From an uncultured virus (IMG/VR IMGVR_UViG_2540341072_000002) (taxonomy: Duplodnaviria > Heunggongvirae > Uroviricota > Caudoviricetes), in the IMG/VR virus record IMGVR_UViG_2540341072_000002: a DNA stretch of 64,000 nt. One strand, written 5' to 3'. Numbering within the stretch: the stretch's first letter is position 1; each line of letters begins with the position of its first letter. The position numbers were made by a program, and so were the translations under genes. Below, one piece after another: positions 32,301-43,140 of the stretch. A model generated the notes under the pieces. The model was not told the origin of the DNA and did not search any database. It worked only from the letters and a program-made list of their open reading frames with translations.

Positions 32301-33815
32301 TCATCCTGCTTTTATATTCAATTTCTCAACTGTGATTAGTTCATTGTCAAGATTTGTTGTGAAACAGTCCTTTATCCGCATGTTGCCCATATTGATATGG
32401 GAGAAGACTTTAACTTTGTCATACTCATTTCCCCTATTTTTAAATACATGTGTAACAAAATTTGGCTCTGGATAAAATCCTTCTTTTAAAATTGGATCAA
32501 TTGCATCCTTCTCTTTTTTACTTAAAGGAAGAATTATCATTGCAGCATCTGTTTTATCTGCGATGGCCTTACTTCCTCTCAAGTAAGAAGCATCTATTAC
32601 TTGTCCTTTTAACCATGCTTCTTTCCAATCACCATTTAGCTGAGTTGCACTCATCATATAGACATCGTATTTGTTACATAAGCCTTTTAACTTATCTGAC
32701 ATAAGTAAAAGAATTTGGTCTTCCCTCAAGTTGACACCGCTTTTTTTGCTCATCTCTGAAAAAATGGTTACTGATGAGTGAATATAATCGAAATAAACGT
32801 ACTCTACATTGTTTTTAATGACGTTCTTTTCAATTGTTCTTTCAATCTCCTGAATATTAAAATCAGGCAGATGTTCGAACCATATGTTAGACTCTTGAAG
32901 AACCTTAGCAGCCTTACGAACAAGTTGTTTTTCTTTTTCATTGATTGTGTTTCTAAGGATTTTTTTCTCTTCTACACTACTAATGTAGGCAAGTGCTAAA
33001 CTTTGCAATTCTTCGGCCATCATTTCTGTTGAAATAACTGTAGAACTTTCACTCCATGGGTTTGATACCCATTCCTTCTTTTTAGGATCATAAAGTTCAG
33101 TTGCACTTAAGCGACAAGCGTCAGCGACCATGTTTCTTGTTTTACCGCCACCTGTAATACTTGAGCGCAGATAGAACTTTTTCTTCCGTGATCCCCGAAA
33201 AATTGAAGTAAGCATTTCGCTATTTAATGGAACTCCAATATCCGGCGACTCTTCGAATGAATCCAATAATTCATTAATACCTTCTCCACCCTGGATTCCC
33301 ACACTTTCAGATGAAGTTCTGAATTTTTCTTTTATGTCTACAATCTTCATTTCATAAGCTGTCAAAATTTCATCAATCGACTTCTTATCAAACTGTTCTT
33401 GCATCTTTTCTTGTTCTTTTGGGTCAATCAGAGATTCATCATATATTTCCTTAATATCGAATCCCAAGCCATCCATTTCTCTAAGCAGACTAAACTTTTT
33501 TAATCTTTTATAGTGGTAATCAAAGTTTTCGACAACTGCCAACTCTTGTATTTTTTCTATATATTCAAGACCCTTATTATCATGGAAAATTTTATATTGA
33601 ATATCGTAATCCTTTAGATATCCATCTATTTCAACGTCATTCAATACTTCAGTTCCTTGATGAAATAGGTTGCTCATGGCAAAAAATAATATTGAATGAA
33701 ACCTTGAAGGAAAATCATCCGAAGTTATCTTATATTTATTGCTCTCTGACAAGATTGTGGGATCTTTTAAAATGCTCCCTAAAACTTGAATTATTGCCTG
33801 TTTGTCTTGTAGCAA
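32301..33815 (-). CDS. yorI: DnaB-like replicative helicase
   Basis: GGGKT, STEM, FDYI, ATQLN, KNR motifs. Confidence 0.9.
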   Translation of the reverse strand: MLQDKQAIIQVLGSILKDPTILSESNKYKITSDDFPSRFHSILFFAMSNLFHQGTEVLNDVEIDGYLKDYDIQYKIFHDNKGLEYIEKIQELAVVENFDYHYKRLKKFSLLREMDGLGFDIKEIYDESLIDPKEQEKMQEQFDKKSIDEILTAYEMKIVDIKEKFRTSSESVGIQGGEGINELLDSFEESPDIGVPLNSEMLTSIFRGSRKKKFYLRSSITGGGKTRNMVADACRLSATELYDPKKKEWVSNPWSESSTVISTEMMAEELQSLALAYISSVEEKKILRNTINEKEKQLVRKAAKVLQESNIWFEHLPDFNIQEIERTIEKNVIKNNVEYVYFDYIHSSVTIFSEMSKKSGVNLREDQILLLMSDKLKGLCNKYDVYMMSATQLNGDWKEAWLKGQVIDASYLRGSKAIADKTDAAMIILPLSKKEKDAIDPILKEGFYPEPNFVTHVFKNRGNEYDKVKVFSHINMGNMRIKDCFTTNLDNELITVEKLNIKAG

Positions 33816-33829
33816 ATGGACTCTCCTTC

Positions 33830-34300
33830 CTATAGCATTGAGATATCAACTAGCCCTCTTTTCTTTCTCATTCCTTTTTTTATGACCAAAGTAATTTCTT
33901 CTCTTTTATGATTCTTTGGATCTTCAGCTGATTTTCGGATGGCTTTTTGTCTAATGTAATGCCGCTTTGCTTCATCATAAACAAATGGAACGATTCCAAT
34001 GCCATCACCTTCTCTGGGTTGATTATCCAAAGTTTCATAAAAGTACCTAAGCGCTAGTTCAATGCCTTTAAGCTTATACCCATATTCCTCTTGAAACTCT
34101 TTAATTTGTTTCAACATCATGCCAGTTGGAGATGTAAGACCATATAAATTGCATATGTATTGAATTAACTCTTTTCTGTGATCTGATTCTTGCTTCCAGG
34201 TATTAAAACACTTTTCATGGTAATATCTTTTTTTATAAGGAATGGCTGAGTCTTTGTCTAACTTGGTCTCGCAATAAGGACATTTAACTTGTCTCCCCAA
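33830..34300 (-). CDS. yorH: Zn-finger replication-associated protein
   Basis: CPYC...HEKC; lies in the replication operon. Confidence 0.75.
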   Translation of the reverse strand: MGRQVKCPYCETKLDKDSAIPYKKRYYHEKCFNTWKQESDHRKELIQYICNLYGLTSPTGMMLKQIKEFQEEYGYKLKGIELALRYFYETLDNQPREGDGIGIVPFVYDEAKRHYIRQKAIRKSAEDPKNHKREEITLVIKKGMRKKRGLVDISML

Positions 34301-34342
34301 ATAATCACTCCTAATAAGGAGGAGAGAATAATCTCTCCTCTT

Positions 34343-35314
34343 TTATTCTGCTAGAAGGTCTTTTAGATCATCTAGAATTACAGACATGACACCTACTTGC
34401 TTACGGCTGCACTCAGTAACTTTTACACCCTTACCTAAATGTTTCTCTGTAATCTCATTAACTTCTTCTAAACGGCCTTCTTCATTAAGCTTCATGCCAA
34501 TTTCTTTAATTTGATCCATTAATGAGTTGAAATCAAGTTCTTCTGAAGCGTTGTTTTGTTTTTGCTCTTCGTATGTAACAGCAACAATTCCTTCTGCTTG
34601 CTCCTGTCTTTCGACTGCCTCAATAATTGCTTTTTCTAAGTTTTCTGCAGTAAATTCAGGAAGATACGTGTCAATGTAATCAAATCGGCTACGAGCAAAA
34701 TGCTCTTCAGTTTCAGCTAACCAAGCACTTGATTTGATTACTTTTCTATCTTCATCAACACCATTAGAACTTAGATAGAGAACAATATCGCTGTTATCAA
34801 TTACTGGAGCTAAAACTCGTTTATCCCCCTTCGGATATACTTTGCCTTTTTTGTCTTCAGCAGCATGAGCAATAAAGATAACCGTAAATCCTACGCCAAT
34901 TAATTTATTGATTTCTTCCCATACTTCAGTTTCATACTCTTTCCAAAGGCCAAACCCATCATTACCATCTTTAATCCGTTCTACATCATATTGCTCGCAG
35001 ACATATCTAGTCGCATATTTAGCAAAAGCGTCTACTTCATCAACAATGATTGTTTGATACATCTCTTTGGCCTTTTCAGCATTTTTGGTTAACTGCTTGT
35101 TTACCTTTTTAAAATCAGCCCAACTATTGATAGGCATGAATTGGACACCGGCAATAGCATTTAATCCTTTTTCGAATGGCAGATATAACGGTTTCTTCAT
35201 CCGAGTGCTTTGCTTAGTTTTACCTAAGTTGTTAGAACCGTAGATTGTGATAACTTTTCCTTCTAATCCTTTTGCTACTACAGAAACTTGTGGGTTGAAA
35301 ATATCGATTGCCAT
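34343..35314 (-). CDS. yorG: AAA ATPase (Sak4/AAA_24-like)
   Basis: YGSNNLGKT, IIVDE. Confidence 0.8.
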   Translation of the reverse strand: MAIDIFNPQVSVVAKGLEGKVITIYGSNNLGKTKQSTRMKKPLYLPFEKGLNAIAGVQFMPINSWADFKKVNKQLTKNAEKAKEMYQTIIVDEVDAFAKYATRYVCEQYDVERIKDGNDGFGLWKEYETEVWEEINKLIGVGFTVIFIAHAAEDKKGKVYPKGDKRVLAPVIDNSDIVLYLSSNGVDEDRKVIKSSAWLAETEEHFARSRFDYIDTYLPEFTAENLEKAIIEAVERQEQAEGIVAVTYEEQKQNNASEELDFNSLMDQIKEIGMKLNEEGRLEEVNEITEKHLGKGVKVTECSRKQVGVMSVILDDLKDLLAE

Positions 35315-35396
35315 TTCAGTTCTCCTTTTATTTTGAATTTGTTAGGTGAGTCGGAGCTCACCCCAGTTATGTATTAGATTAATGATCTATTTTATT

Positions 35397-36311
35397 TTAG
35401 AAAGGGAGATCATCATCTGAAATTTCAACCGGCTTTGAAGGCTTGTTATTAGGAGCACTTCCACCAAACCCAGACTTTTTATTGTTTTCTTTATTTCCTT
35501 CTTTCTTAAGCTCGTCTAGATAAATCTCTCTTTCAGTCAACGCTTTTTTAATTGCATCTGCATTAAAAGCATTCTTACTATCCTCATCATAAGGATCATT
35601 ACCACCTGTAATTAGATACTCTCTTCTTGTAATTGAAGTAATTTCTTTCTTATCTTCTCCAAATGCCGCTACTTTGGTTGTTACTTTTTGTTCTTTATAA
35701 TTAATGATCTTCCCAAAAACGTTAACGGTAGTTCCCTTTTCATAATTATTTTCAACATATTGTGAGCCTTCTTTTGTGACTACAAATGTAAAAGGAATTA
35801 CTTTTCCGTTGTACACAGGAATATAGCCATTTAAATTAACTCTACCTGTTTCTTCCCCTTTTACTTTTTCTTCGGTTACGTTCTTTACAAACACCTCAAC
35901 ATCAAATTCTGCTCTGGGATTGAATTCTTCATTAGCATCCAGTCTGTTCACAAAGTTAGCCATTAATTGTGGATATGATTTAAAAATCCCGTGTGAATAA
36001 TACTCATTTAAGCTAATTTTACCTTGAGTAATTCTTACTTTGTCAGCTTCATCTCTACCGTGTTTTGCGATTGACTTATACTCGCTTACAATAGTCTGGT
36101 ACCCCTTTGCAACTGCATTATCAGTACCATCATCTTTCTTATACTTGGAAAAGCCTTTAACTGTATGTACTTCGTTAGGTGCAACCTCAATGTCTAATTC
36201 AATATTTAGTCCATTTCCATTTTTCCATTCAGTGTGTCGTACTTCAGCTAAAGTTCCTTCAATTGTTACAACGTTTGATGCTTCACGTAATACCGTTTTG
36301 TTTTCTGTCAT
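35397..36311 (-). CDS. yorF: Probable single-stranded DNA-binding protein
   Basis: Acidic C-terminal DDDLPF tail; replication context. Confidence 0.7.
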
Positions 36312-36332
36312 ATTTTTAATCATCCTCTATTT

Positions 36333-36704
36333 TTATTTTTGTTTATTGTGATTTTTCTTTGAATATGTAATTTTTCTAAACTTGCAGTCTTTGATTCCAA
36401 GTTCTTTACTAAGTTCTATGTACCTTCTTTTTGGGAACTTCCAATCATTTTGGTCAGAAAAGCATCCTGATTTATTTACAATTTCAAATACCTGCTTTTT
36501 TCTGTTAACTTTGATTATCATATTTCCGTAAGCGTACTCTGTGCAAAATAAACGTTTTTTCACTCGCTCAGGATGAGTTTCTTTGACAAGTAGGACATTC
36601 CTTATCATCTTTAACAGTGCCTGATCAGGAGTAATGGTCTTGTTGTCTTTAACGTTTTCTCTGTAATAGTTTAACGCTTTCTCTGTTATCCCAAGTACCT
36701 CCAA
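36333..36704 (-). CDS. yorE: Hypothetical phage protein
   Basis: TTG start after AAGGAGG. Confidence 0.75.
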   Translation of the reverse strand: MEVLGITEKALNYYRENVKDNKTITPDQALLKMIRNVLLVKETHPERVKKRLFCTEYAYGNMIIKVNRKKQVFEIVNKSGCFSDQNDWKFPKRRYIELSKELGIKDCKFRKITYSKKNHNKQK

Positions 36705-36736
36705 GTAATTCGCCTCCTTCCCTTTAACTCGATTTT

Positions 36737-36765
36737 ATTATATACATATTTTTTATCTTTGTCTA
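36737..36765 (-). promoter_or_regulatory. SPbeta repeated element / promoter of the replication operon
   Basis: TAGACA-N17-TATAAT. Confidence 0.8.
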
Positions 36766-36877
36766 CATGTTTTATAAACTTTTATATTTTTTATTTTTGT
36801 ATTTCATTTGCGCTCTTTTTAATTCGAATAAAATTATCATTTTATTTAAATTTAAAAGCCCCAATAAGGGACTCTTG

Positions 36878-37192
36878 TTAGTTTGTTCCTTCAACCTTAC
36901 TCGTTAAGTAAGCTACTTGTTTTTCTAAATCAGCAACTCTTTCTTCGAGAGTTTTTGGCTTAGGTGCATTTTTCTTCTCTTCAAGCTCAATTGCTGCTTT
37001 TTCAATTTCCTCTAATGTAGGAATAGGTTCACTTTTTCTCCAGGCAGTAAAGATATGTCTTCCGTTGTCATTTACAAATTCCCAATCATAAGATTCGTCT
37101 GAACGAGGGAACATATACATTAAAACTTCCGGAAGAATTGATCCATGGATATTCCAAATTTCTGATACGTCTTGTCCAACTTTAAACTCCAC
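36878..37192 (-). CDS. yorD: XkdW-like protein
   Basis: DNG..I..W...PIPT.EE pattern, coiled-coil tail. Confidence 0.7.
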   Translation of the reverse strand: MEFKVGQDVSEIWNIHGSILPEVLMYMFPRSDESYDWEFVNDNGRHIFTAWRKSEPIPTLEEIEKAAIELEEKKNAPKPKTLEERVADLEKQVAYLTSKVEGTN

Positions 37193-37268
37193 AAAAACAT
37201 CTCCTCAATTATCAATTTCTTCTATATTCTATCATATTTTCATTATATAGGTAAAGAGTTTGCTATTT

Positions 37269-37649
37269 TCAAACAAGCTCACTCCACAACCACATATCCA
37301 TTGTTTGCAATGAAAAGCCATCAGGCAGCTGCTTCATTTTCACATTTACATTGTATCTTCTGCCTGTTGTTTTATGTACAATAGCCAGTTCTTCTCCATT
37401 AAAGAATCGCACAATGGCCTCATCAAATGCAATTGGCTGATTAACCACATAACCTTCCTTTAAAGCTCTAATAAACAAATAGGGATCATTTTTATACAGC
37501 TCATAAAGAATGTTCGCATATTGCTCGTTCTTGTCTCTAAGTAGTTCAAAATTAATCAACGGTATGTATAAGTCTTTGTCTGATAAATTTAATTTGTTTC
37601 TAAAGTATTTAATTGCTTCATCTTGCTCTTTAGAAATGATGTTTGACAT
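37269..37649 (-). CDS. yorC: Hypothetical phage protein
   Basis: ORF track. Confidence 0.75.
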   Translation of the reverse strand: MSNIISKEQDEAIKYFRNKLNLSDKDLYIPLINFELLRDKNEQYANILYELYKNDPYLFIRALKEGYVVNQPIAFDEAIVRFFNGEELAIVHKTTGRRYNVNVKMKQLPDGFSLQTMDMWLWSELV

Positions 37650-37711
37650 TCAGTTAACCCCTTTATTCGTATGATAACTAGGCTAATCTTAGAGACTAGC
37701 CCAGCATTGCC

Positions 37712-38008
37712 TTATAAATATTCTACTAGACCATCGTCTTTAGCCCCTTCTGCTATTAGACTATAGGCAGCCAGAAGATACTCTTTGATTTTCTCTTTAG
37801 TTTCTTCCCCGAATGCATCAAAACCAATTTTAACATCGCTTGAGTAATTAATTTTCCTATTCCCTACTTGAACTACATTTTCCTTTTTAATTTGAGCAAT
37901 AAAATAAGCATTTGCTAGGTTCTTTCCTAAATACTCCTCTGTTAATGGATCATAATCATCGAAAACCTCATACCGTATTTCTCCGATTCTAAGCTTCTGC
38001 TCACTCAT
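37712..38008 (-). CDS. yorB: Hypothetical protein, probably SOS-regulated
   Basis: ORF with an upstream LexA box. Confidence 0.75.
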   Translation of the reverse strand: MSEQKLRIGEIRYEVFDDYDPLTEEYLGKNLANAYFIAQIKKENVVQVGNRKINYSSDVKIGFDAFGEETKEKIKEYLLAAYSLIAEGAKDDGLVEYL

Positions 38009-38070
38009 ACTCTCATCCCCTGTTTTGAAATTTTTGGTACTACTAAATTATATACCAAAACCCATAAAGG

Positions 38071-38082
38071 GAACAAGTGTTC
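38071..38082. promoter_or_regulatory. LexA (DinR) box overlapping the yorB -35
   Basis: GAACaagtGTTC; TATAAT at 38052-38047 on minus strand. Confidence 0.8.
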
Positions 38083-38096
38083 TCGTTAAGAATTTT

Positions 38097-39857
38097 TTAT
38101 TTATAATCGATTACTGTATCATCTAAGGCTAATCTAGGTGTGCCGCTGTCGTATGTATTATGTATTAAAGTTGTACTGGAAGCATTAAACGTTGCAAATG
38201 GATGCGAAAGCACTCTTGCACCAATACCTTGAACATCATTCCTTATTAATCGAACCTTTTTTGTCCCGTTTAAATATATTCCATAGCCTTGATCTGAATC
38301 TCTGTTAAACATAATTTCATTTCCTCTAACCATATGCTCAGAACCGCCTATTAAGTGGATCGCAATGATTGCTTTGCAATTATAGATCTGGTTATCACTT
38401 ATTCTGATATTGTACATATCAGCTGCCCCCATAATTGCAACATTTCTTGGTTCAAATATCTCATTCCTTGTTAGGAAGACTTCTGAATCTTTATCCCAAT
38501 ATATCCCGTAACCTTTTCCACTCAATAAGAAATCGTTTAGCTTAATTCTGACTGCCTGAGATCTCTCACAATATAGACCTCCGTAAAGATTGGAGAACGT
38601 ATTATTTAAGAATTTAACGTCATTCGAATCCATCACTTTAATTGCATATGCTGAAGTTGTACCTTTCCCTTTATTATTGCTTACTTTAATATCTGATGAA
38701 TTTCTCACCTGGATCTGAATACAATCGCTGTCCTGTATTCTGTTGTTTGAAATGGAAACATCTTCGGCCATATGTGTTGCTATTGCACAATTTGAAGCGT
38801 TCTTTACGGTATTATTATCAATCGATACCCCTTTCCCTCTAATCATCATGCCTATTTTAAACCCTTGAATATTGTTATCAGTTATTTGAATTCTGTTGCC
38901 AGTCTCAGTGCTCGAAACACCTACAGAGTCTATTCCGTACTCTTTAGACCCCCCTTCATTTATTATCTTGTTACCCTTAATACTCACATCTGTACTGTAG
39001 CCATATGAAATAACATTGTCACAGTAGTTATCTTTGATGGAAACTTTACCGCTTGTATGAGCAGTAACCGAACCACGACCATTTTTTCTAAACCTGCAAT
39101 CCGATATCGTTAACTCATAAGGATGATCATACTTTCTTCCGTTTTCTCCGTAGCCCTCTAAATCAATACCTAGTTGAGGGCCAATTGTATCTCCTCCAGC
39201 TTCCTCTATATCACAGTCTTCAACCAATAATCCTTCACAACCGTTAGTAGCTAAATTGTTCCGTCTCCCTCTTTTTAGTTCGCATTTTCTTACGGTAACA
39301 CTTTTGGAAGGCGTATAAACCATCCCTGGGTAATTCATCATTCCGTGAGCTGCAATCCAAATGTTGTCTCCAATACAATCTGAGATTTGTACATTTTCAA
39401 TCAAAACATTTTTGCTTCCATGAACATGTATTCCAAATCCCCATTCATGTGTTTTTCTATCGGTATCAATTAGAGAATAATCATGTTGATACCGGTCACC
39501 TATAATACGACCTCCTCTAATTATTACGTTCTCTGCAAGCCCAATATAAAAACAAGAATAGCCCTGATACCCATTAGGGTTAACTTGAAACACTGCTTCT
39601 GGATCCAAAAGGAGCTCCATATTTGATGGGATTTTAATTCCCCCACCAATTTCAGGATTTCGTTGATTTAATGTATTTACTGAATCAATAATAAAATTCC
39701 CTTTTGGAACTTCAACAATAGGAAAGTTGTTCTCTGATGCATATATAAGAGCTTCATTAAATCCTTTAGTTGTTTCAATTGGATTCGAGTTAAATGCATT
39801 TATTCCCCACTGATCAAAGTCAACATAGTATCGTATGGATTTATTCAACAATGTCAT
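38097..39857 (-). CDS. yorA: Right-handed beta-helix (pectate-lyase-like) protein
   Basis: VPKGNFII, repeated GI/NV.I..N units. Confidence 0.85.
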   Translation of the reverse strand: MTLLNKSIRYYVDFDQWGINAFNSNPIETTKGFNEALIYASENNFPIVEVPKGNFIIDSVNTLNQRNPEIGGGIKIPSNMELLLDPEAVFQVNPNGYQGYSCFYIGLAENVIIRGGRIIGDRYQHDYSLIDTDRKTHEWGFGIHVHGSKNVLIENVQISDCIGDNIWIAAHGMMNYPGMVYTPSKSVTVRKCELKRGRRNNLATNGCEGLLVEDCDIEEAGGDTIGPQLGIDLEGYGENGRKYDHPYELTISDCRFRKNGRGSVTAHTSGKVSIKDNYCDNVISYGYSTDVSIKGNKIINEGGSKEYGIDSVGVSSTETGNRIQITDNNIQGFKIGMMIRGKGVSIDNNTVKNASNCAIATHMAEDVSISNNRIQDSDCIQIQVRNSSDIKVSNNKGKGTTSAYAIKVMDSNDVKFLNNTFSNLYGGLYCERSQAVRIKLNDFLLSGKGYGIYWDKDSEVFLTRNEIFEPRNVAIMGAADMYNIRISDNQIYNCKAIIAIHLIGGSEHMVRGNEIMFNRDSDQGYGIYLNGTKKVRLIRNDVQGIGARVLSHPFATFNASSTTLIHNTYDSGTPRLALDDTVIDYK

Positions 39858-40678
39858 GGTGCTACACCAGCCATACAATACACATTTTCATTAATGAATT
39901 TAGTTAGAACAGCAATATAGTCATAAAAAACTTGATTCTGCGTTCCATTGCGTCCAGCCAGTGTAAAAGTATTAAACATTTCTCTTCGTTGTTCAGTGCT
40001 TATTTCAAGTTGAATACTCATACCAGTGCTATTTTTATTAGCAATGTTCTGCTCATTTGTGCCTGCTAAACGGGAATCTTCAGACAGTAATTCTGCAGAA
40101 AAGCCTGCATCGGTAAGTAATGATGTGATCTTTGCTGCTTTTTCTCTGTCTGTCCCACCAACTAAAGTGTGTTTCTTACTTGATGCATACCCATGAATTG
40201 AGATTGTTAAATCATGCTTACTCAATAAATCTAAAGCTTGAGGTTCATCGAAATTCGTACTTGTAATATGCAACTCAGAAGCTCCTGGTATCCTTAAACC
40301 TTCAAATAGATAGGCAGAGTAAGACTTACTTAATTCTCTTGCAAGCTCACTAGTCCCTCCTTCAATACCTCCACCATGGGGTGCCAGAATAAGCACTCTC
40401 CTGTCAACATCGGTAGTTAGAATGTTATAGCTCAAAGGTGACTCATTTTCTTTCAACTCTTCAAAATTACTATACTTATCTGCAGCTAGAACTGAATTGG
40501 GATTAAACAATGCAAACAATGAAGTAACTAGGATTGGAAAAGACTTCTTGTCTGTGATATACTTATATAGCTTCGTAACCTTGCGAAGTGTGCGGTAGAG
40601 AAGGACTGGCCCGCCAAAGCTTGCCTTCTCTGCCCCCTTAACTCTTTTTTCTACTATTCTGTTTTTAAACTTTAACAA
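39854..40678 (-). CDS. yoqZ: Poly-gamma-glutamate hydrolase (PghP family)
   Basis: APHGGGIEGGT, HITS..FDEP, SIHG, QLEIS. Confidence 0.88.
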   Translation of the reverse strand: MLKFKNRIVEKRVKGAEKASFGGPVLLYRTLRKVTKLYKYITDKKSFPILVTSLFALFNPNSVLAADKYSNFEELKENESPLSYNILTTDVDRRVLILAPHGGGIEGGTSELARELSKSYSAYLFEGLRIPGASELHITSTNFDEPQALDLLSKHDLTISIHGYASSKKHTLVGGTDREKAAKITSLLTDAGFSAELLSEDSRLAGTNEQNIANKNSTGMSIQLEISTEQRREMFNTFTLAGRNGTQNQVFYDYIAVLTKFINENVYCMAGVAP

Positions 40679-40776
40679 TCAACAACTCTCCTTAAATAGG
40701 TTTATTTTTATTTTTTACTTTCATCTTATAAGCAATCACATTAGTACCACCCCCTTCTCCGAATAAAAAATTACTT

Positions 40777-41172
40777 TTATGCAGACTCAATACTGATGCC
40801 AGTATCTTTTAACAATTCAATTTGTTCCGATGGAATATCCGATTTCACCATACTCCACCCGACTAAGGTCATTCCGTAATAAAGATCGGTTAGTTCAACT
40901 TCATCATTCAACTCACCTTTTAATCGAATCATTCGATCTTTATATTTTTCATGACCAACAATATCAAAGCTCTGATTATAAATTGCATATGTTTTACCGT
41001 TTGCTTCGTTGTCTTGATATGGGGTATAGACTGCCCTGCCGTCAGACAAGCTCGGATCAGTTTTCAACCATTCATATACCTCTTCATCAGATTGAGCAAG
41101 CAAATATGTAAAGATACCCCGCTCACTTCCCTTGGGTGCAAAGTGCTCTAACATAATTTCATATAAGTTCAT
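40777..41172 (-). CDS. yoqY: Hypothetical phage protein
   Basis: GGGAGGT RBS. Confidence 0.75.
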   Translation of the reverse strand: MNLYEIMLEHFAPKGSERGIFTYLLAQSDEEVYEWLKTDPSLSDGRAVYTPYQDNEANGKTYAIYNQSFDIVGHEKYKDRMIRLKGELNDEVELTDLYYGMTLVGWSMVKSDIPSEQIELLKDTGISIESA

Positions 41173-41226
41173 TTCAATTACCTCCCTGGATTCTGGTTAA
41201 AATATCGTTTTTATCTAGATTTCTGT

Positions 41227-41448
41227 TTACTTATTTCTTCTAATTTTATTTTTATCCAACAAATCAATAATGTAAGTTTCAAACATGTCATCCCAATAAG
41301 GATCTGTTCTCGCTATGTATTTCTTTGTTCTTCCGTTCTCCTCAATCTTAAAGGTTTGCCCCTTTTGAATATCGGTGAACTTTTTCTTTCTCCATATTCC
41401 CCTAATCAACACATCAACTTCTTTAACCTCAACTGTTTGCTGCGGCAT
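41227..41448 (-). CDS. yoqX: Hypothetical phage protein
   Basis: AGGAGG RBS before MPQQ. Confidence 0.7.
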
Positions 41449-41518
41449 CACATTCCTCCTTTTTGATTTTCGTGTATCAAGCCTGTACAATATTCAAAAA
41501 CCCTAAAGGATGATGAAC

Positions 41519-42193
41519 ATGTGTGGCAGGTTCACTTTATTTTCTGAGTTTGATGACATCATTGAGCAATTCAATATAGATCAATTCTTACCTGAAGGTG
41601 AATATCACCCTAGCTATAATGTCGCTCCTTCACAAAACATCCTGACAATCATCAACGATGGATCCAATAACCGTCTGGGCAAACTTAGATGGGGTCTTAT
41701 CCCTCCATGGGCTAAAGACGAAAAGATCGGCTATAAAATGATTAATGCCCGTGCTGAAACATTGTCCGAGAAACCCAGCTTTCGAAAGCCGCTCGTAAGC
41801 AAACGTTGTATCATACCGGCTGACAGTTTTTATGAATGGAAACGCCTTGATCCAAAGACTAAGATTCCTATGCGGATTAAACTTAAATCGTCCAATCTCT
41901 TCGCTTTTGCAGGCTTATACGAAAAGTGGAACACACCAGAAGGCAATCCTTTATACACTTGCACAATCATTACAACAAAGCCTAATGAGCTTATGGAAGA
42001 CATCCATGATCGGATGCCGGTTATCCTTACTGATGAGAACGAAAAGGAATGGCTCAACCCTAAAAATACTGATCCTGATTATCTACAAAGCTTACTGCAG
42101 CCATATGATGCTGATGACATGGAAGCATACCAGGTTTCATCTTTAGTGAATTCACCTAAAAACAATTCACCTGAGCTCATTGAATCCCATTAA
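41519..42193 (+). CDS. yoqW: SRAP-family abasic-site processing protein
   Basis: MCGRF N-terminus, NARAET, FYEW, HDRMP. Confidence 0.93.
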   Translation: MCGRFTLFSEFDDIIEQFNIDQFLPEGEYHPSYNVAPSQNILTIINDGSNNRLGKLRWGLIPPWAKDEKIGYKMINARAETLSEKPSFRKPLVSKRCIIPADSFYEWKRLDPKTKIPMRIKLKSSNLFAFAGLYEKWNTPEGNPLYTCTIITTKPNELMEDIHDRMPVILTDENEKEWLNPKNTDPDYLQSLLQPYDADDMEAYQVSSLVNSPKNNSPELIESH

Positions 42194-42262
42194 GTACCAC
42201 TGCCATATCGCTTTATATATCACCTTCGCTTAGCTAATATGTTCTAAGTAGGAGGTGATATT

Positions 42263-43075
42263 TTGTTTGTATCGCCAATGCTATTGCATTCAATAAAAGA
42301 GCCTTTTAACGACGAGAACTATATCACTGAGCTCAAATTTGATGGAATCAGACTCATCCTTTCTAAATTTGATAATCAGATTAAGCTATACACTCGTCAC
42401 AACAACGAAGTAACAAGTAAGTTCCCAGAACTCATGGACTTAGATATTCCAGATGGAACAGTGCTCGATGGTGAAGTTATTGTAGCTGCCTCAGGTGGTG
42501 CTCCTGACTTTGAGGCTGTAATGGAACGTTTTATGTCCAAAAAATCAGCTCATAATATTGTTTACTGTGTCTTTGATGTTATCTACAAAGACGGTCAATC
42601 AATTGCAGCTAAGCCACTCACTGAGCGTAAGACAGTTCTGAATTCACTTGAACTGGATCATCCTAATGTCTTTGTTATAGAGGGAACTCAAGGTAACGGT
42701 CTTGCTTACTTCAACCTGGCCAAAGAAAAGAATTTAGAGGGAATCGTAATCAAGAAAGCTAACTCCCCTTATGAGATCAATAAACGTTCGCATAATTGGC
42801 TTAAAGTGATTAATTACGATTACACTGAGGTTCTCATAACTGGCTACACCAAAAAGGATATAAAATTCCTTCTGTCTTATCCTGATGGAACTTCAGCTGG
42901 ATTTATGGAATTTATGCCACATGCAGAACGAACTAAGTTCCACTCTATGAAACAAGTTAAGTCTGAATCTGATGAATATGTATTTATCGAACCTATCTTA
43001 TGTAACGTTAAGCACAGATTTAAGACTAAGCACGGTAAACTCCGCATACCTTCCTTTGAATCCTGGAGAGTGTAA
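42263..43075 (+). CDS. ligB: ATP-dependent DNA ligase
   Basis: ELKFDG, LDGEV, EGIVIK. Confidence 0.93.
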   Translation: MFVSPMLLHSIKEPFNDENYITELKFDGIRLILSKFDNQIKLYTRHNNEVTSKFPELMDLDIPDGTVLDGEVIVAASGGAPDFEAVMERFMSKKSAHNIVYCVFDVIYKDGQSIAAKPLTERKTVLNSLELDHPNVFVIEGTQGNGLAYFNLAKEKNLEGIVIKKANSPYEINKRSHNWLKVINYDYTEVLITGYTKKDIKFLLSYPDGTSAGFMEFMPHAERTKFHSMKQVKSESDEYVFIEPILCNVKHRFKTKHGKLRIPSFESWRV

Positions 43076-43140
43076 TCTCTCCGTTACATAACTTCTTAGA
43101 GCCTAGCCTTTTAAAATTCAATGAAAATTTAGTACATGGA

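Noticed and set aside
42230..42246. Possible LexA box upstream of ligB
   Set aside because: Only the GTTC half matches.
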